From Thermoanaerobaculia bacterium (GTDB lineage Bacteria; Acidobacteriota; Thermoanaerobaculia; UBA5066), in contig CAWFJJ010000029.1 in NCBI GenBank assembly GCA_963816185.1, positions 1 to 64,000 on the forward strand: a stretch of DNA of 64,000 bases. Direction: 5' to 3'. Below are positions 58,728 to 64,000 of the stretch, one piece after another. Every line of letters starts with the position of its first letter. The first letter of the stretch is position 1. Below the pieces are notes generated by a model, which worked only from the letters and a program-made list of their open reading frames with translations, ran no database searches and was not told the DNA's origin. A program made the translations under genes and the position numbers.

Positions 58728-60513
58728 AAGGGGTTCTCAAGCGTGCGCGTGGCGGCCTCACGCGGGCGAGGAAGAGGCCGGAGGCGTCCCCGGCGGGCGC
58801 AATCCCGCGGCCGCACCGCAGGCCGCCGGCAGCTAGCTCCGCGAGGCCGCGACGCGACGCAATGAACCAGAAGGGGCTCGCAGGCGGCGCGGCACCGAGT
58901 TCGGCGGCCGTCTTCCGCGCGTAGACGTCCAGCGGGATGCGGCGGTCCACCCCGTGAGCGACCGCTTCGACGACCATGGGATAAAGGACCGCGCCCTTCT
59001 CGAGGACGACGGGCGCGTCCGCGAGACGCGCAAGAATCCGTCCGGCCTCCGTTTCGGCCGCGCGGAACCGGGCCGCGACACCCGGTCGATCGGGGAAGTC
59101 CACGAGCGCCGGCAATGTCTCGGACGCGAACAGCGCCGCCGCGACGCCCGCGAGGAGGACGCCCCGCGAGGCCGCGCCGTTCCGCACGGAGCGGCCGATC
59201 CCGATCTCGAGAACGGCCGCGGCAAGGATGATCGCGGGCACGAGGAGCGTCGAAACCCGCATGGTGTTCGGAGCGTCGCCGGGGTCCGAGAGGACGCCCG
59301 CCAAGAGGCTCCCGGCCGCGAGCAGAACGAGGAGGACGTCCGCGGGCCGCCGCCGTGAGGCGGCGAGGCCGAGCCCGAGAAGCGCGAGAGCACCGACGGG
59401 GGGAGACAGGATGGCCTGCCCGCCCGCCTGCCGGAGGTTCGGGTCCCGCGTCCAGAGGAGGACGCCCGTGTAGTCGAGCGCGCTCGAGGCGAGCAGGGCA
59501 GGGACTCGGAGCGCTCCCGCGGCGTGCGGCAGGTCCACCCGCCGGGAAGACGTCGCGAAACGGACGTCGCGCAGGTGGCCTCCCAGTCGGGCATCGCCCA
59601 CGACGAAGGCCCAGGCGAGGGGCGCGAAGGCGAGCAGTGCCGCCGCCGCCGCGGTCAGGGCGAGGCGTCGCGTTCGCGTGTCCCGCGCCTCCAGAAGCGC
59701 GAACGCCGCGAAGGCCGCGGCGATCGCGCCTGCCGCCGCGTACGTGTGGAGCGCGAGTCCGACACACGCTCCCGCGAGCGCCGCGAGCGCGAGGCTCCCC
59801 GTGCGCCGGGCGCGCAGCGTTGCGGCGGCCGCCAGGAGGACGAACGCCAGGAGGAGCACCACGGTCGCGGTCCAGCGCGCCAGGAGAATCGGCCAGCCGA
59901 CGAGCGCACCGAGGAGGACCGCGACGCCCGCCGTCCGCGGCCCGAACGCCTCTCGCGCGAGCCACCAGAACGCCGGGAGCGCGAGGCAGCCCGGCAGCGC
60001 CGAAACCGCGAAGAATCCGGTTTCACCGCTTCCGAAGGCCGTGAGGATCACGCGCACGAACGCGACGTAAAGGTTTGAGAGGACCTCGTATCTCGCCGGG
60101 AAGCTCTCCCCGTAGGGCGTCGCGCCCCAAAGAGGCGCGGCACCACCGCCGAAGAGCGGACGCGTCATGTAGACGACGTCGATCCACAGACCCGGCGGGT
60201 TCCACGCGCGGAATACCCAGCGCAGGGCGACTCCGACGGCAAGCACGGGAAGGACCCATGCGGCCTCGGCGAGAGGTCGCGGCGTTCTCGGAGGCTCCGA
60301 CTCCTCACGCTCGGCGGCTTTCGTTACAAGCGTGAGAACGCGCGCCGCGAGAAAACCCGCGGCTGCCGCGAGCGCGAAATCCTTGATCCAGAGCAGGAGG
60401 ACGTACGGCCACATCTCGCGCGTCCACCAGAAGAGCACCTCGAAATGGTCTCGCCGCGCGAGCCAGAAAAAGGTCTGCAGCGCGGCGAACCCGCCGAAGA
60501 GCGCCCGAACCAT
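58702..60513 (-). CDS. ArnT/GT39-like membrane glycosyltransferase
   Basis: NPPGLWIDV loop, many TMs, GLALHTY motif. Confidence 0.65.
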   Translation of the reverse strand: MVRALFGGFAALQTFFWLARRDHFEVLFWWTREMWPYVLLLWIKDFALAAAAGFLAARVLTLVTKAAEREESEPPRTPRPLAEAAWVLPVLAVGVALRWVFRAWNPPGLWIDVVYMTRPLFGGGAAPLWGATPYGESFPARYEVLSNLYVAFVRVILTAFGSGETGFFAVSALPGCLALPAFWWLAREAFGPRTAGVAVLLGALVGWPILLARWTATVVLLLAFVLLAAAATLRARRTGSLALAALAGACVGLALHTYAAAGAIAAAFAAFALLEARDTRTRRLALTAAAAALLAFAPLAWAFVVGDARLGGHLRDVRFATSSRRVDLPHAAGALRVPALLASSALDYTGVLLWTRDPNLRQAGGQAILSPPVGALALLGLGLAASRRRPADVLLVLLAAGSLLAGVLSDPGDAPNTMRVSTLLVPAIILAAAVLEIGIGRSVRNGAASRGVLLAGVAAALFASETLPALVDFPDRPGVAARFRAAETEAGRILARLADAPVVLEKGAVLYPMVVEAVAHGVDRRIPLDVYARKTAAELGAAPPASPFWFIASRRGLAELAAGGLRCGRGIAPAGDASGLFLARVRPPRARLRTPFNPRRAFP

Positions 60514-60601
60514 TCGTGCGTTCAGTCTCGCACGCGCATGCCCCCAGGCGGGAAGCGCCGAGGGAAGGCGCCAGACCCGCGTGACGGGTTTCTTTTTCAG
60601 C

Positions 60602-63562
60602 TCAGCTGCAGCCGCTCGTCGCTCCGCAATTCAGGCACTTGTAGCAGGCTCCGCTGCGCACCATGAGGCTGCCGCACTCGTGGCAGCTCGGCGCGTCGGC
60701 GCTGTTCTCGAACGTGAGCTTGCCCGCGCGCGCGGGCGCCGCGACGGCGAAACCGATGGCTCGCGGTTCGGGCGCCCCGGGGACCTGCGGCTTCGTGCTC
60801 GCGAGCGCCTGAAACGCCGCGGCCGCCGCGAGGACGGGGCCGGCCGTGGCCTCCGCGACGGCCGTCAGCGTCGCCTTGTTCTGCAGATCGGCCGGCGGCG
60901 CCGCGGAGCCTTTCTCCTCGCGCGAGATGACGCCCGCCTTCTCCTTGAGGTCCGCCGTCAGGAATTTCGAGGCGAGCCAGCGGAAGATGTAGTCGACGAG
61001 GCTCTTCGCGATCGGTATCTCGGGGTTCTTCGTGTAGCCCGAGGGCTCGAAGCGCATGTGGCTGAACTTCTCGACGAGCGCCTCCAGGGGCACGCCGTAC
61101 TGCAAGGTCAGGGAGATCGCGGTCGCGAACGAGTCCATGAGGCCTGAGATCGTGGAACCTTCCTTCGCCATCGTGAGGAAGATCTCGCCCGGCGTGCCGT
61201 CCTCGTACAGCCCCACCGTGATGTAGCCCTCGTGACCCGCGACGGAGAACTTGTGCGTGATCGCGCGGCGCTCGTCGGGGAGCTTGTGCCGGCGCGGCGT
61301 GCCGTCGGGCGCAGCCGAAGCGGCGGACGCGGCGGCCGGAGCGCCCGCGGCGCTCGCCCTCTGGCCGCGATGCCCCTTCACGGCGTCGTCGTTCTTGCTC
61401 GCCGCCGTGTTCAGCGGCTGCGTGCGCTTGCAGCCGTCACGGTAGATCGCGATGGCTTTCAGACCCATCTTCCAGCCCTGCATGTAGACGTCCGCGATCT
61501 CCTCGACGGTCGCGTCGTTCGGCATGTTCACGGTCTTGCTGATCGCGCCCGAGAGGAAGGGCTGAACGGCCGACATCATCCTGACGTGGCCCATCGGGGC
61601 GATCGAGCGCGTGCCGCCGAGCGCCTTGAACGCGCAGTCGAAGACCGGCAGGTGCTCGCTCTTCAGAGCAGGCGCACCCTCGATCGTCCCCTTCTCGTCG
61701 ACGAAGCTCACGATCGCGTGCATCTCGGCATCCGAGTAGCCGAGGCGGGTGAGCGCATGGGGGACGGTCTGGTTGACGATCTTGATCGTTCCGCCGCCGA
61801 CGAGCTTCTTGTACTTGACGAGCGCGAGGTCGGGCTCCACGCCCGTCGTGTCGCAGTCCATCATGAAACCGATCGTGCCCGTGGGCGCGAGAACCGTGGC
61901 CTGCGCGTTCCGGAACCCGTGCTGCCGCCCCGATTCGAGCGTCAGGTCCCAAACGGCGCGCTGTGCCTCGAGAAGGTCCTTCGGAACGCCGCTCTTCTCG
62001 ACGGCATAGGCCGCGTCGCGATGCATGGAGATGACCTCGAGGAACGCGTCGCGGTTCGGGGGATAGCCCGCGAAAGGCCCCATCTCGGCGGCGATCTTCG
62101 CGGACGTGAGGTAGGCCTGCCCGTGCATGAGACTCGTGACCGCTGCCGCGTAGTGTCGGCCCTCGTCACCGTCGTAGGGGAGGCCGTTGAACATCAGGAG
62201 GGCGCCGAGGTTCGCGTAGCCGAGGCCGATCGGGCGGAACGCGTGCGAATTCCTCTCGATGGCGGGCGTCGGGTACGAGGCCTCGCCGACGAGCATCTCC
62301 TGCGCCGCGAACACGACGTCCACGGCGTGCCGGAATTTTTCGATCTCGAAGCCCCCGTCCTCGCGGGCGAACTTCATGAGGTTCAGGGAGGCCAGATTGC
62401 ACGCCGAGTCGTCAATGAACATGTATTCCGAGCAAGGGTTCGACGCGTTGATCCGGTGCGTCCCCTTGCACGGATTCCATTTGTTGATGAGGGTGTCGTA
62501 CTGCATCCCGGGGTCGCCGCACACCCACGCCGACTCGGCCATCTTCATGAGCAGCGCCTTCGCGTCGAACGTCCCCATGGGCTCGCCCGTCGTGACGGCC
62601 TTCGTCGTGTGCGTGCCGCCCGCCTCGACGGCGCGCATGAACTCGTCCGTCACGCGCACGGAGTGGTTCGCGTTCTGGAACGCGATGTTCGCGTAGACCT
62701 CGCCGTTGAACGAGCCGTCCCACCCGGAGTCGATGAGGTCCCAGGCCTTCTTCTCCTCCCGCTCCTTGCACAGGATGAATTCCTCGATGTCCGGGTGGTC
62801 GACGTTGAGGATGACCATCTTCGCGGCGCGGCGCGTCTTGCCGCCCGACTTGATCGCGCCCGCGAAGCTGTCGAAGCCCTTCATGAAGGAGACCGGGCCG
62901 GACGCGATCCCGCCCGAGGAAAGCGACTCCGTCGACGAGCGAAGAGAGGAAAGGTTCGAGCCCGTGCCCGATCCGAACTTGAAGAGCATGCCTTCCGTCT
63001 TGGCGAGGTCGAGGATCGAGGACATCGAGTCGCCGACCGAATTGATGAAGCACGCCGACGCCTGAGGCTTCGGCTCGACGCCGACGTTGAACCAGACGGG
63101 GGAGTTGAAGCTCGCCGCCTGGTTCACGAGGATGTGGGCGAGCTCGTCCGAGAACGTGTCGCGGTCGGCCGCGGTGCGGAAATACCCGTTCTTCTGCCCG
63201 AAGAGGGTGATCGTGTCCACGACGCGGCCGATGAGCTGCTTGACTGAGCGCTCGCGCTGCGGCGTACCCGGCTTTCCGTGAAAGTACTTCTGCGCGACGA
63301 TGTTCGTCGCCGTCATCGACCAGCCTTTCGGGACCTCGACGTCCTTCTGCTCGAAGAAGACCTCGCCCTTCTCGTTCGTGATCGCCGCGGTACGGAGCTC
63401 CCACTCCAGCGCGTCGAAGGGGGGCGTGACGCCGTCGGTGAAGAGCCGCCGGAAGGTCAGGCCGGTGAGGCCGGTTCCGGCAGCAGGCCGTCCGGCCGCC
63501 GCCTTCTCCACCGGAGTTCCTGCCGCCGCGGGGCGCGTCTCTCGTCCGTTCGAGGTGCTCAT
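60602..63562 (-). CDS. nrdJ: Vitamin B12-dependent (class II) ribonucleotide reductase with C-terminal TSCPD and zinc ribbon
   Basis: FNSPVWFN, SACFI, SNPCSEY, APTGT, GAISKTVN; C-terminal CHECG...CLNCGATSGCS. Confidence 0.96.
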   Translation of the reverse strand: MSTSNGRETRPAAAGTPVEKAAAGRPAAGTGLTGLTFRRLFTDGVTPPFDALEWELRTAAITNEKGEVFFEQKDVEVPKGWSMTATNIVAQKYFHGKPGTPQRERSVKQLIGRVVDTITLFGQKNGYFRTAADRDTFSDELAHILVNQAASFNSPVWFNVGVEPKPQASACFINSVGDSMSSILDLAKTEGMLFKFGSGTGSNLSSLRSSTESLSSGGIASGPVSFMKGFDSFAGAIKSGGKTRRAAKMVILNVDHPDIEEFILCKEREEKKAWDLIDSGWDGSFNGEVYANIAFQNANHSVRVTDEFMRAVEAGGTHTTKAVTTGEPMGTFDAKALLMKMAESAWVCGDPGMQYDTLINKWNPCKGTHRINASNPCSEYMFIDDSACNLASLNLMKFAREDGGFEIEKFRHAVDVVFAAQEMLVGEASYPTPAIERNSHAFRPIGLGYANLGALLMFNGLPYDGDEGRHYAAAVTSLMHGQAYLTSAKIAAEMGPFAGYPPNRDAFLEVISMHRDAAYAVEKSGVPKDLLEAQRAVWDLTLESGRQHGFRNAQATVLAPTGTIGFMMDCDTTGVEPDLALVKYKKLVGGGTIKIVNQTVPHALTRLGYSDAEMHAIVSFVDEKGTIEGAPALKSEHLPVFDCAFKALGGTRSIAPMGHVRMMSAVQPFLSGAISKTVNMPNDATVEEIADVYMQGWKMGLKAIAIYRDGCKRTQPLNTAASKNDDAVKGHRGQRASAAGAPAAASAASAAPDGTPRRHKLPDERRAITHKFSVAGHEGYITVGLYEDGTPGEIFLTMAKEGSTISGLMDSFATAISLTLQYGVPLEALVEKFSHMRFEPSGYTKNPEIPIAKSLVDYIFRWLASKFLTADLKEKAGVISREEKGSAAPPADLQNKATLTAVAEATAGPVLAAAAAFQALASTKPQVPGAPEPRAIGFAVAAPARAGKLTFENSADAPSCHECGSLMVRSGACYKCLNCGATSGCS

Positions 63563-63747
63563 GGGTGAGAAAACCTCCCTTTTCCCGTCTTCCTTCCCCG
63601 CGAAGACGAAACTACCCCTTCTGCCAGCAGCCTGGCCTTTTTTCGCTTTTTCCGCGCTCTCGGCTTTCGCCTCGGCTCGGTCTCGCGTCCGGCGTATGGG
63701 GCTGTCTCACAAGGTAATTCCGGCTTCCGCCTTTTTCAAGGGAAAAA

Positions 63748-63794
63748 ACGCTACCGATAGTGTTTTTATATCTCTCGCCCACTAGATAGTGGGG
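63748..63794. promoter_or_regulatory. Pair of NrdR boxes upstream of nrdJ
   Basis: ACGCTACCGATAGTGT (63748-63763) and CCACTAGATAGTGGGG (63779-63794) resemble the NrdR box acaCwAtATaTwGtgt; 31-bp spacing. Confidence 0.7.
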
Positions 63795-63907
63795 GTACAG
63801 GCCTCTTTCGCCGGGGAGCCAATTGTAGGCAATCCCGTTTGACTTCAGGCGCGCGGGACGCCAAGATTCGTTCTCAACGAGCGGCGTCTCGCCGCGGGAG
63901 GGTATTC

Positions 63908-64000
63908 ATGTCCAGCGCCACCGAGACCGCGGCCATCCAGGCCACGTCGCCGTCCGTCTTCATCCTCAACGTCACCGACCGCGCGGTCGACAAGGTCAAG
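63908..64000 (+). CDS. N-terminus of a probable HesB/IscA Fe-S carrier protein (3'-truncated)
   Basis: GGAGG SD; MSSATETAAIQATSPSVFILNVTDRAVDKVK resembles IscA ITLTxxAxxKVK. Confidence 0.55.
   Translation, partial: MSSATETAAIQATSPSVFILNVTDRAVDKVK

Noticed and set aside
63563-63710. Open frame upstream of nrdJ or a cobalamin riboswitch
   Set aside because: No canonical start codon and no B12-box motif; treated as 5' UTR.

Overview
High-GC bacterial chromosomal segment. The gene content (ssrA-targeted integrase, IPTL-CTERM-like protein, class II RNR, SelB, MqnP-type UbiA, HybB-like redox module) suggests an Acidobacteriota- or deltaproteobacteria-like organism, but this is inference. The first ~2.3 kb is accessory DNA: the 3' end of a tyrosine integrase, a tmRNA-type 3'-end att fragment, a wHTH + nucleotidyltransferase pair with twin operators, and decayed toxin-antitoxin genes. 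Most of the rest is housekeeping: acyl-CoA metabolism, transsulfuration, ubiX/ubiA, comEA, selB, polA, hutI, yggS, rpsU-mutS2-dnaG-rpoD-tRNA(CAU), nrdJ with NrdR boxes. The most notable system is at 46.7-54.6 kb (minus strand). A heme-c-motif sensor kinase, an archaemetzincin protease and a sigma54 activator sit directly upstream of a complete sigma54 promoter (UAS pair, IHF site, -24/-12). That promoter precedes an operon of a Cys-rich protein, a 28-aa membrane peptide, HybA/HybB-like proteins with no catalytic subunit, a triheme cytochrome, and two membrane-anchored GcvH-like proteins lacking the lipoyl lysine. Other oddities: apparent CTG start codons, a broken yggS 5' end, a stand-alone PanC C-terminal domain, a PolX lacking its polymerase core, a PDT-DAHPS-CM triple fusion, a repeated intergenic inverted-repeat element and a structured leader RNA candidate. 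All calls come from reading the sequence; no searches were run. Several start codons were re-chosen from the ORF track.
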